In this document: positions 24,487-31,938 of the stretch, one piece after another
How the letters are laid out: the number at the start of each line of letters is the position of its first letter
Numbering within the stretch: position 1 is the first letter of the stretch
Virus record (IMG/VR): IMGVR_UViG_3300048916_000093
Location: 1 to 48,990 of that record
Length of the DNA stretch: 48,990 bases
DNA from: a virus
Strand: one strand, 5' to 3'
Notes under the pieces: model-generated
What the model was told of the DNA's origin: nothing
Databases searched by the model: none
Seen by the model: only the letters and a program-made list of their open reading frames with translations
Position numbers and translations under genes: made by a program

Positions 24487-25511
24487 GCTACGATTTCATT
24501 ATGCCGCCCACGATCGGCCCTATTGCCGTTCGCCGCGCCGCACGCATGGCCATGGGCGAGGTGATCGAGCGTATGTCGCGCAGCACGGGCTACAAGTTTG
24601 GCCCGCGCGGCTGGGCCTATTACGCGGAAGGGCTGGGCCTGATTACCAAGGGCGAATTCGATCGCTTCGAAAAGCTCTTAACCGACATGCGCAAGGAAGG
24701 CGAGCTTGACCCCGACGTGATCGAGCCGGACGCCTCGCGTATGGCGACGGAGGTTTCTGATTTCGAAGCCGACCCCGACTCGCCCGAAGACCACGCACAA
24801 TACGCTGTTGATGAAATCGGGGACCGGCTCCGGTCCTGGGCGTGGTCGTTCAAAGAATACGGCTACTGGGACGACCTCGATTATTACGTTGAAATGATCG
24901 TCGAGAAAAAGGACCTTGTGCAAATCTTCCGGTCGACCGCCGATCGCTACAATGTGCGGATTACGAACGGCAAGGGCGACACGGATATTCATACCCGGTT
25001 GGCGATGCTCAAGCGGTTCCGCAACCATACGGAAGCCGGCCGGCGGTGCGTGTTGCTCGCGATCGGGGACCACGACCCCAAAGGACTCCATATCGTTGAC
25101 GGCCTCCACCGGACGTTCATGTCGTGCTGCAATATCAAGGGGCTCGATTGGGACGACCCGAATTTCGACGTCATCCCCGTCGGCTTGACGGAAGAGCAAA
25201 TCGACGACTTGGGGTTGATGAAGATCGACAATCTGGAAACCGGCGGCGGTCGTGACCTGTCCGACCGTCGGCACCCCGACCACAACAAGCCATACGTGCA
25301 AGACTATATCGCGCGCTTCGGGGTGTGGAAATGCGAAGCCAACGCTCTTGTCGGCAACCCGCGTCGGGCGGAAGGCTTGCTCGAAACGGCTATCAACCGC
25401 TTCATTCCCGCGACGCACCCCAACGAAATCGACGACAAGAACGGTTCCGGCCGCGCGGCGGTCCAGAGTGAGATTGCCCGCCTCATGGAAGATTGGACGT
25501 TTGATGCATAA
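24483..25511 (+). CDS. Spo11 / topoisomerase VI subunit A-like protein (5Y-CAP plus Toprim), stand-alone
   Basis: 342 aa. PRGWAYYAEG is an R..YY catalytic-Tyr-like motif. The Toprim Glu lies in MIVEKKDLVQIF. Also present are ITNGKGDTDIHTRLAMLKRF and the DxD motif in LLAIGDHDPKGLHIV. Confidence 0.65.
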   Translation: MSYDFIMPPTIGPIAVRRAARMAMGEVIERMSRSTGYKFGPRGWAYYAEGLGLITKGEFDRFEKLLTDMRKEGELDPDVIEPDASRMATEVSDFEADPDSPEDHAQYAVDEIGDRLRSWAWSFKEYGYWDDLDYYVEMIVEKKDLVQIFRSTADRYNVRITNGKGDTDIHTRLAMLKRFRNHTEAGRRCVLLAIGDHDPKGLHIVDGLHRTFMSCCNIKGLDWDDPNFDVIPVGLTEEQIDDLGLMKIDNLETGGGRDLSDRRHPDHNKPYVQDYIARFGVWKCEANALVGNPRRAEGLLETAINRFIPATHPNEIDDKNGSGRAAVQSEIARLMEDWTFDA

Positions 25512-25917
25512 GCCCCGCATCACCATCGCCTATCGCGGGTGGAACAGCGACAAGCGGATAGACCTGGGCGGCAACCGGCCGAATGAGCGCGAATTGCGGG
25601 TCCTCTTCAAAATGGGCCTTGAGCAAATCGAGATCTCGCGGCGGGATTTCATCGCCGGGCTCAAGACGCTCGAAATGGCGGAAGCGGCCGGCGGTAACGA
25701 CCCAATAGCGTGGCGCAAATTTATCGCCACGTCGGAGGGGGACCTTGTCCAGGAAATGGGGCGCGCCGTGCATTGCGACGTGGTGGCAATGCCGACGGCC
25801 AATTTCCCCAACGCTCGCGCGCTCGTCGTGGGGTTCGAAGATCCGGACTATGCAGAGGCCGCCAAGGTCGCGCTCATGACGCTGCTCCAGCTCCACCCTC
25901 CGGAGGAAACACGATGA
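25504..25917 (+). CDS. Hypothetical protein (137 aa)
   Basis: ATG 25504 overlaps the preceding stop, and the coding looks clean. Confidence 0.65.
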   Translation: MHKPRITIAYRGWNSDKRIDLGGNRPNERELRVLFKMGLEQIEISRRDFIAGLKTLEMAEAAGGNDPIAWRKFIATSEGDLVQEMGRAVHCDVVAMPTANFPNARALVVGFEDPDYAEAAKVALMTLLQLHPPEETR

Positions 25918-26492
25918 CGACGCCCGTCAAGATGGCGATGCTCGCGGCCGGCATCGCTCGCGTCCAGGCATTTTGCGAGCGCAACGGGCTCAACGTGCCG
26001 GCGCTCCAGCTCTACAGCCGAGCCGAATGGCGCTACCCCAGCACTTGCGCCTATTACCGCCCGGAGACGATCCATATCGCCGTGGACCGATGCTCCCATA
26101 TCGGCACCGCCAACCGCGCGTGGTCCTACCCCGGATACATCACCGATCGCACGCCCTATGGGGTTATGGCGCACGAGCTGGGCCACCACGTCGACCACAC
26201 CCTGTCGAAGGAAAAAGGCTCTTACGGTGGGGATTTTTCCGTCGCCATGCGGGCGGAAAGCGGCGAGCCGCGGCTTACCAGCTATTGTCCGAACGATTGG
26301 GAGTGGTTCGCCGAAATGTTCCGGCTCTTCGCGACCAATCCTACCTTGCTCCAGGCCGTGCGGCCGAAGACCTTTACCCTCATGATCACGCGTGGATTGC
26401 GGCCCGTCGACCCCCAGCCGTGGCGCGAGATCCTCAAGGACGCGCCGCCGCGCACGCTGGCGATGGCCGAGCGAAAGGTGTTGGGACAGTGA
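25914..26492 (+). CDS. Zn-metallopeptidase-like protein (HEXXH: MAHELGHHVDH), SprT/zincin-like
   Basis: 192 aa with an ATGA overlap and an HELGHH motif. Confidence 0.65.
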   Translation: MTTPVKMAMLAAGIARVQAFCERNGLNVPALQLYSRAEWRYPSTCAYYRPETIHIAVDRCSHIGTANRAWSYPGYITDRTPYGVMAHELGHHVDHTLSKEKGSYGGDFSVAMRAESGEPRLTSYCPNDWEWFAEMFRLFATNPTLLQAVRPKTFTLMITRGLRPVDPQPWREILKDAPPRTLAMAERKVLGQ

Positions 26493-27289
26493 CGGCGCGC
26501 CAGCCCGGTCATATCCGCCCCGCCAGCAAGGCCATGGGCGACGACGTCACTCTCTCGCGTTTCGTCAAGGTGGGTGGTGGCGGGGCGAAGCCAAAGCGGC
26601 AAGCTACCCTCCCCGGCCTGGGTCATCCCGTCATTGAGGCGGCGCGCTCCCTGTTCTTCCGCAAAGGTACGCGACCGGTGGACGACAAGCCGGTCCTCGT
26701 GTCGGGGCACAACTCTGCCAAGATCGGGCGAGACGTGCGCAAGGGCGCTCTCCGCGGCGCGCATATCTTCTATCTGGCCTTGGAGGAACGGGCGACGTGC
26801 CCGCGCACCTGTCACCACTGGTACGATTGCTACGGCAACGGGATGCCCTTTGCGAAACGTATCGAGCATAACGACCAAGACGCCCTCCACGCCGCAATTG
26901 AGCGCGACGTCGCCCATTATACGAGGAAGGGCCGTGCGATTGTTATCCGCCTCCACGTCCTGGGCGACTTCTTCAACGAGCGATATGTCCGGCTATGGGC
27001 GGGCATCCTCGCGCTCAACCCCCGCGTGACCATTTACGGCTATACCGCATGGCCGCCGGATAGTGAGATCGGGAAGGAAATCCAGGCGCTCAAATCGGTC
27101 TATGGGTTGCGCTTCGCAATACGATGGAGCGGCCGTGTCGGCCAATGGGGAGCGATGGATATTCGCAAGGCCGAAGACGTGCCCGAAGGCGCGTTCATCT
27201 GTCCGGAACAAACCGGCAAGACCAAGGCGTGCGCGACGTGCGCCTTGTGTTGGTCGACTGATAAACCCGTCGCATTCATGGATCACTGA
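26489..27289 (+). CDS. Cys-rich protein resembling the phage GP88 family
   Basis: GTG 26489 (GTGA overlap) or ATG 26534. The motifs are SGHNSAKIG, ATCPRTCHHWYDCYGNG, IRLHVLGDFFNERYV and CPEQTGKTKACATCALCW. The family assignment is from memory. Confidence 0.6.
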   Translation: MTARQPGHIRPASKAMGDDVTLSRFVKVGGGGAKPKRQATLPGLGHPVIEAARSLFFRKGTRPVDDKPVLVSGHNSAKIGRDVRKGALRGAHIFYLALEERATCPRTCHHWYDCYGNGMPFAKRIEHNDQDALHAAIERDVAHYTRKGRAIVIRLHVLGDFFNERYVRLWAGILALNPRVTIYGYTAWPPDSEIGKEIQALKSVYGLRFAIRWSGRVGQWGAMDIRKAEDVPEGAFICPEQTGKTKACATCALCWSTDKPVAFMDH

Positions 27290-27290
27290 T

Positions 27291-27467
27291 ATGATAGAGG
27301 TTGTTGCAATTGGGGCCTTTTGGGGTGCCGTCGTGTACGCCGTAACCGCATTTATCGAGTGGGATATCCACGCACAGAATTGGCCTCTTCCGGTGCGATT
27401 GGCGGCGGCCGTCGTGTGGTTCTGTCTTACTCTTTGGACCCTCGTCGGCGAAACAAAGGATCACTGA
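27291..27467 (+). CDS. Small membrane protein (58 aa, two hydrophobic segments)
   Basis: MIEVVAIGAFWGAVVYAVTAFIEW...LAAAVVWFCLTLWTLVG. It is flanked by an identical 14-nt junction, GGATCACTGATATG. Confidence 0.55.
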   Translation: MIEVVAIGAFWGAVVYAVTAFIEWDIHAQNWPLPVRLAAAVVWFCLTLWTLVGETKDH

Positions 27468-27468
27468 T

Positions 27469-27855
27469 ATGGGCACCTTCAACGAATTGGCCGACAAGAT
27501 CGAAGCCGCGCTTGACAAAGGGCGACCCGGCATGGCGGCCATCGGCGGCGCGAAGCGTGAGAACAACCTCGTTTTCGATATAGCGCTACAGCTCGATTCG
27601 ATCATGGCCGCCATGGGCGGAGTCATTCTGGCGATACGGGAGATCGACCCTTGTTTGTCCGCTACCCCCGCGGTCCCTCTTCCCCCTCCGCCCCAGGAGG
27701 TAATTAGGGCCATGGTCGAAAAGGCGTTCCGCGCGGGTTTCGGTGATGGGTTCAGTATGGCCGACAATACCAGTCGGTCGGCCGCCAATGCCATTGACGA
27801 GTGTTGGGAGCATTGGGCCGCAAGAGAGCTTGACGGCGCGGTCAACGCAACGTAA
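27469..27855 (+). CDS. Hypothetical protein (128 aa)
   Basis: AAGGA lies upstream. No family recognised. Confidence 0.65.
   Translation: MGTFNELADKIEAALDKGRPGMAAIGGAKRENNLVFDIALQLDSIMAAMGGVILAIREIDPCLSATPAVPLPPPPQEVIRAMVEKAFRAGFGDGFSMADNTSRSAANAIDECWEHWAARELDGAVNAT
27828..27850 (+). promoter_or_regulatory. Promoter/operator GCTTGACGGCGCGGTCAACGCAA upstream of the TetR-like gene
   Basis: The TTGAC-GGCGCG-GTCAA palindrome is present. The candidate -10 is TAACCA at 27853-27858, and ATG 27866 lies 8 nt downstream, giving a leaderless-type arrangement. Confidence 0.5.
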
Positions 27856-27865
27856 CCACATCGCC

Positions 27866-28216
27866 ATGACCTTTCCGCTCACCTCTCCGCAACGAGCCCG
27901 CGAGCCTCGCGCCCAGCGTGCCGAACGTCGTCGCCACGAGCGCGAGGTTTTGATTCTTGACGCGGCGCTCGTGGTGGCCGAACGTGGCTCATATCTCACA
28001 ATGACCCGTCGAGACGTCGCCCGCGAGGCCGGCGTTTCCAACGGACTTATCAACCACGCGTTCGTTACCATGGACGCGCTTCGGGGGGCTGTTATGCGCG
28101 CGGCAATTGAGCGGGAGAATATTGCGATCGTGCGCCAGGGCATCGCGGCCGGCGACGATCTGGCAACCAACTGTCCGCCTGAATTGCGCGAGGCTGTAGC
28201 CCGCTCGATCGCTTAA
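27866..28216 (+). CDS. Short TetR-family-like HTH regulator (116 aa, no obvious ligand domain)
   Basis: REVLILDAALVVAERGSYLTMTRRDVAREAGVSNGLINHAFVTMDAL matches the TetR N-terminal HTH pattern. Confidence 0.65.
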   Translation: MTFPLTSPQRAREPRAQRAERRRHEREVLILDAALVVAERGSYLTMTRRDVAREAGVSNGLINHAFVTMDALRGAVMRAAIERENIAIVRQGIAAGDDLATNCPPELREAVARSIA

Positions 28217-28219
28217 CCC

Positions 28220-30682
28220 GTGCCGCTCCCGCCAGCATTTAACGCCCTAGTTGCGCTCCGGCGGTTCGTCACTTACGAGCTGTTCCCCGACCCCGACAGG
28301 CCCGGCAAGACGATCAAGCGGCCGACCGACGTCCGCACCGGCTATTACTGCAAAGTATCGGATCCAGACCACCATTACAGCTATGCCGAAGCGGAAGCGA
28401 CCGGCCGCCCCGTGGGGTTCGTCTTTATGGAGGGCGATGGCTTTTGGTTCGCCGATATAGACTCGTGCCTCGTCGAGCTGCCCGGTCGACGGGAATGGTC
28501 TGCGCTTGCCCTGGAGTTATGCCAACGCTTCGCCGGGTGCGCTGTCGAGGTTTCGCAGTCAGGCACCGGATTGCACATTATTGGCCGTGGTCGGATTCCT
28601 GATCACAGTTGCCGCAATATTCCCCTGGGCCTTGAGTTTTACCACCACGAGCGATTTGTCGCGCTTACCGGCACGAGCGCCCAGGGCGACGCCGGCTTCG
28701 ACGCGAGCGCGGCACTCCCGGCCTTTGTCGAACAGTATTTCACGCCCAACCCGCACGGCGATCTAACCGGATGGCAGAGCGAACCGGTGCCCGAATGGAA
28801 GGGGCCGAAGGACGACGCGGACCTGTTGCGCGCGGCGATGGCCTCCGGCCAAAAGGACGGCGCGAAACGCTTTGGCGACGGCATCACCTTTGCCGATCTC
28901 TGGACGGCCGATGCTACCAAGCTCGCGGCGAAATGGCCCAGCGACAAGGACGACTTTGGCCACTCCGAAGCCGACGCCGCGCTAGTCTCGCACCTCGCAT
29001 TCTGGACCGGCAAGAACCACGAGCGCATTCGCGACCTCATGTGGCAGAGCGACCTTGTCCGCCCCAAATGGGAAGAGCGGCCGGAGTATCTCGATACCAC
29101 GATCATGAAGGCCACATCGGTCGTCAAGAACGTCGCCACGGGTCGTGAGCCGGTGCCACCGCCCGGTATGGCCGCCCAGAGCCCCAGCGTGACCGCCCAG
29201 GCGCACCCGACGGCCGCCGTGGGGGAAAGTGCCGGGCTCGCCCCTTACGTCGTCCACGCCCCCGTTCCGCGCACCGCCGGCCGCGAATATCTGGGCATTG
29301 ACGATCAGCTCTCCTATTTCTCCGGATGCGTTTACATCACGGAAAGCCACAAGGTGTGGATACCCTCGAATGGGACCATGCTCGACAAGGCACGATTCGA
29401 CGTGATCTACGGCGGCTATATCTTTGCGCTCGACGCGGAGAACCGCAAGACCACGGACAGCGCCTTCGACGCCTTGACCCGCTCGCGGCTGTTTATCCGG
29501 CCGTCCGCCGATCGCGCCGCGTTCCGCCCAGAGCATGGCCCAGGCGCGATTATCCAAGAGGCCGGCTTGTCGTTGGTCAACACTTACATTCCGATCGACA
29601 CGCCGCGTCGCCAAGGCGATGCCGGGCCGTTCATTCGCCACATGGAGAAGCTCTTCCCGGTGGCGCGCGATCTCGCGATCATCCTGAATTATATGGCCAG
29701 CTTGGTCCAGAATCCCGGCGTCAAATTCCAGTGGTGGCCCGTGATCCAGGGCGCGGAGGGTAACGGCAAGACGCTGATTTTCCGGGTCCTCACGTTCGCG
29801 GTCGGGGCGCGCTATTCGCACCTCGTCAATCCGGAGGCCATGGCCAAGACCGGAAACCAATTTAACTCGTGGATCGAGGGAAACCTATTGCTGGGCGTGG
29901 AGGAAATCTACGTCAACAACCGGCGCGATTTCCTCGATACGTTCAAGCCTGTCGTGACCGACGATCGCAACGCCATGGAGCGCAAGGGCGGCGATCAGCG
30001 GACGGGCGACAACCGCATGAACGGTATCTTGAATACCAACCACCCGGAGGGCGTGCCGATCACAACGGACAGCCGCCGCTATGCGATCTTCTACACGCCG
30101 CAACAGACCGTGGCCGATCTCCAGCGCGACGGGATGATGGGCGAATATTTCCCCGACCTCTACGATTGGCTCAAAGGCCGCCGCGCCTATGCGGACCTGG
30201 GCGTCGACTACGGCTATTCGATCGTCAACGAATTCCTCCAGACATTCCCGATCGCGGCAGAGCTGGACCCGGCGCACCTTTGCACCCGTGCGCCAGAGAC
30301 GTCATCAACGGCCGCCGCGCTCGCGATCAGCCTGGGCCGCGTCGAGCAAGAGATTTTGGAAGCTGTGGAGGAAGGCCGCGTCGGTTTCCGCGGCGGCTGG
30401 ATTTCGTCGGTCTTCATGTCGCGGCTCCTGGACGATATTGGCGTAACGCTCCCCCGGCGGAAATTTCGTGAAATTCTGGAGCGCATTGGATATTTCGAGC
30501 ATCCTGGCTTGCGCAGTGGGCGCGTCGACAACGAAATTATGCCCGATAATTCCAAGCCGCGGCTCTACACGACAGCCGGGCACCTCTCGCTAAATTTCGA
30601 TACGCCCGTAAATATCGCGAAATCATACACGGACGCCCAGAAAAACGCGGAAATTATCGACGGCTCACGATTTAAGCGCTGA
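28220..30682 (+). CDS. Primase-polymerase / SF3 (D5-like) helicase fusion
   Basis: 820 aa with a GTG start. Prim-Pol motifs are FADIDSC, SQSGTGLHIIGRG and LEFYHHERFVALTG. A PriCT-like segment is HSEADAALVSHLAFWTG. Walker A is GAEGNGKT and Walker B-like is LLLGVEEI. Confidence 0.85.
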   Translation: MPLPPAFNALVALRRFVTYELFPDPDRPGKTIKRPTDVRTGYYCKVSDPDHHYSYAEAEATGRPVGFVFMEGDGFWFADIDSCLVELPGRREWSALALELCQRFAGCAVEVSQSGTGLHIIGRGRIPDHSCRNIPLGLEFYHHERFVALTGTSAQGDAGFDASAALPAFVEQYFTPNPHGDLTGWQSEPVPEWKGPKDDADLLRAAMASGQKDGAKRFGDGITFADLWTADATKLAAKWPSDKDDFGHSEADAALVSHLAFWTGKNHERIRDLMWQSDLVRPKWEERPEYLDTTIMKATSVVKNVATGREPVPPPGMAAQSPSVTAQAHPTAAVGESAGLAPYVVHAPVPRTAGREYLGIDDQLSYFSGCVYITESHKVWIPSNGTMLDKARFDVIYGGYIFALDAENRKTTDSAFDALTRSRLFIRPSADRAAFRPEHGPGAIIQEAGLSLVNTYIPIDTPRRQGDAGPFIRHMEKLFPVARDLAIILNYMASLVQNPGVKFQWWPVIQGAEGNGKTLIFRVLTFAVGARYSHLVNPEAMAKTGNQFNSWIEGNLLLGVEEIYVNNRRDFLDTFKPVVTDDRNAMERKGGDQRTGDNRMNGILNTNHPEGVPITTDSRRYAIFYTPQQTVADLQRDGMMGEYFPDLYDWLKGRRAYADLGVDYGYSIVNEFLQTFPIAAELDPAHLCTRAPETSSTAAALAISLGRVEQEILEAVEEGRVGFRGGWISSVFMSRLLDDIGVTLPRRKFREILERIGYFEHPGLRSGRVDNEIMPDNSKPRLYTTAGHLSLNFDTPVNIAKSYTDAQKNAEIIDGSRFKR

Positions 30683-30965
30683 TACCCCTGATTACACCCG
30701 ATCAATACACCTGATCGCATTTTCATAAGTCGTTGAAATGCTAGTGTAATCTCAAAAATACACCTAATACACCTAATACACCTAAAAAATCGGGGTATTG
30801 CTCCCCAATGCGGGCGCGCACACACGCACAGCGCGCACACGTATAGATATATAATTATTAGGTGTATTAGGTGTATAGGTGTATTTGGGTTGGTAGTTAC
30901 TGACATTTCAATGACTTACGGATACACCTGATCGAACGGACATTAGGGGTATATCGGGTGTATCG
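30682..30965. repeat. AT-rich iteron region: at least 12 copies of (A)TACACCT-type 7-9-mers in both orientations around a GCGCGCACAC x2 plus AT-only core
   Basis: Direct TACACCTAA x3 at 30759-30785 and inverted AGGTGTA x3 at 30860-30883. ATACACCTGATCG occurs at 30705-30717 and 30922-30934. ATACCCCT/AGGGGTAT and ACACCCG/CGGGTGT form outer inverted pairs, and TTGAAATG/CATTTCAA form another inverted pair. The core is gtatagatatataattatta. Confidence 0.85.
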
Positions 30966-31075
30966 AAATTTACGGGCCGTCGTCGTTCTTTGGAGCGTGA
31001 CTAGAGTTGCGAATTCCCTTCACGCTCCGCGAAAATCGTTCACGTCGTGCTGATCGTTGCGAAAAGCAGTCTCTC

Positions 31076-31104
31076 TTGACGGGAGAGACGCTTTGCTAAT
31101 AGTT
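31076..31104 (+). promoter_or_regulatory. Promoter candidate for terS: TTGACG-N17-ATAGTT inside the GTCTCTC/GAGAGAC hairpin
   Basis: It carries the CTTGACGG motif. ATG 31111 is the 7th nt after the -10. Confidence 0.45.
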
Positions 31105-31110
31105 GGCGGA

Positions 31111-31878
31111 ATGTCCGACACCGTTCTAGCTAGTGACGCGCCCCGACGGCTAACCTCGCAGGAGGAAATTTTCGCCCAGGCCGCGATTACCATGAGCTAT
31201 GCTGATGCTTATCGGATTGCCTGGGGCGACAGCGACAACGACGGTTCGCGCTGGGCCGCGCCCTCGCGAGTGGCGTGGCGTCCCCACGTCCAGCAACGAA
31301 TTATCGAGCTGCAAAACGAGGCGTCGAAAAAGCTCAAGGTTGATCGCGATTGGTTGCTAAATTGGTGGTGGCTTCGGATGGTCTATGATCCGGCGGAGCT
31401 TACGGCCTGGGCGTCGGGGGCGTGCCGGCATTGCTACGGCGATGGTCACGCTTTCCAGTGGCGGACGCACGAATTCATGGACCGCGTCGCGCGAGCCGAA
31501 TTGAGCGGGGAGCCCCTGCCCGATATCGGCGGCGGTTTCGGCTACAACGCCCAACGGCCGCCGCACCCCGGTTGTACAAATTGCGACGGCAAAGGCATCG
31601 GGCGCGCGGATTTCACCGACACGACCTTGCTGTCCCCGTCGGCCCGCGCGGCCTTCGAAGGCGTCGAACAAACCCGCGACGGTATCAAGATCCGGATGGC
31701 CGATAAGGTGAAGGCGGCGGAGAATTTCGCCAAGCTCTCCGGATTCGACGTCCAGCAAGTGCGGCTCTTTGTCGACGAGCTGCCCGACGACCCGGCCCTT
31801 GCCGCCCAGGCACGCGATACGGACGCCATCGCGGCCACCTACAAGCGATTCTTTGGCCCCAGCCACCGTTTGCAGTAG
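31111..31878 (+). CDS. terS: Terminase small subunit with inserted DnaJ-type zinc finger
   Basis: LTSQEEIFAQAAITMSYADAYRIAW... and the C-terminal GIKIRMADKVKAAENFAKLSGF fit the small-terminase pattern. CRHCYGDG and CTNCDGKG are CXXCXGXG motifs. The ORF is open from 31057. Confidence 0.7.
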   Translation: MSDTVLASDAPRRLTSQEEIFAQAAITMSYADAYRIAWGDSDNDGSRWAAPSRVAWRPHVQQRIIELQNEASKKLKVDRDWLLNWWWLRMVYDPAELTAWASGACRHCYGDGHAFQWRTHEFMDRVARAELSGEPLPDIGGGFGYNAQRPPHPGCTNCDGKGIGRADFTDTTLLSPSARAAFEGVEQTRDGIKIRMADKVKAAENFAKLSGFDVQQVRLFVDELPDDPALAAQARDTDAIAATYKRFFGPSHRLQ

Positions 31879-31915
31879 GTTGACCGTGGCGGGCCGTGCT
31901 GGCCATTCAGGACAA

Positions 31916-31930
31916 CGCATGTTACATGCG
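31916..31930. promoter_or_regulatory. 15-bp perfect palindrome CGCATGT-T-ACATGCG (copy 2 of 2)
   Basis: It lies 8 nt upstream of the TTGACC -35 at 31939. Confidence 0.55.
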
Positions 31931-31938
31931 AAAAGAGC

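Noticed and set aside
25973-27289. 438-aa form of the Cys-rich (GP88-like) ORF
   Set aside because: The N-terminal 170 codons overlap the metallopeptidase-like gene in another frame and are Arg/Pro-rich. The GTGA junction at 26489 (or ATG 26534) gives a sensible start.
30759-30883. CRISPR-like array
   Set aside because: The repeats are only 7-9 bp and directly abutting, with no spacers. They occur in both orientations, so they are iterons rather than CRISPR repeats.
30565-30906. 113-aa minus-strand ORF across the iteron region (…IHLIHLIIIYLYVCALCVCA…)
   Set aside because: The translation simply mirrors the DNA repeats and the AT-rich core. It overlaps the end of the primase-helicase gene. 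It is not coding.
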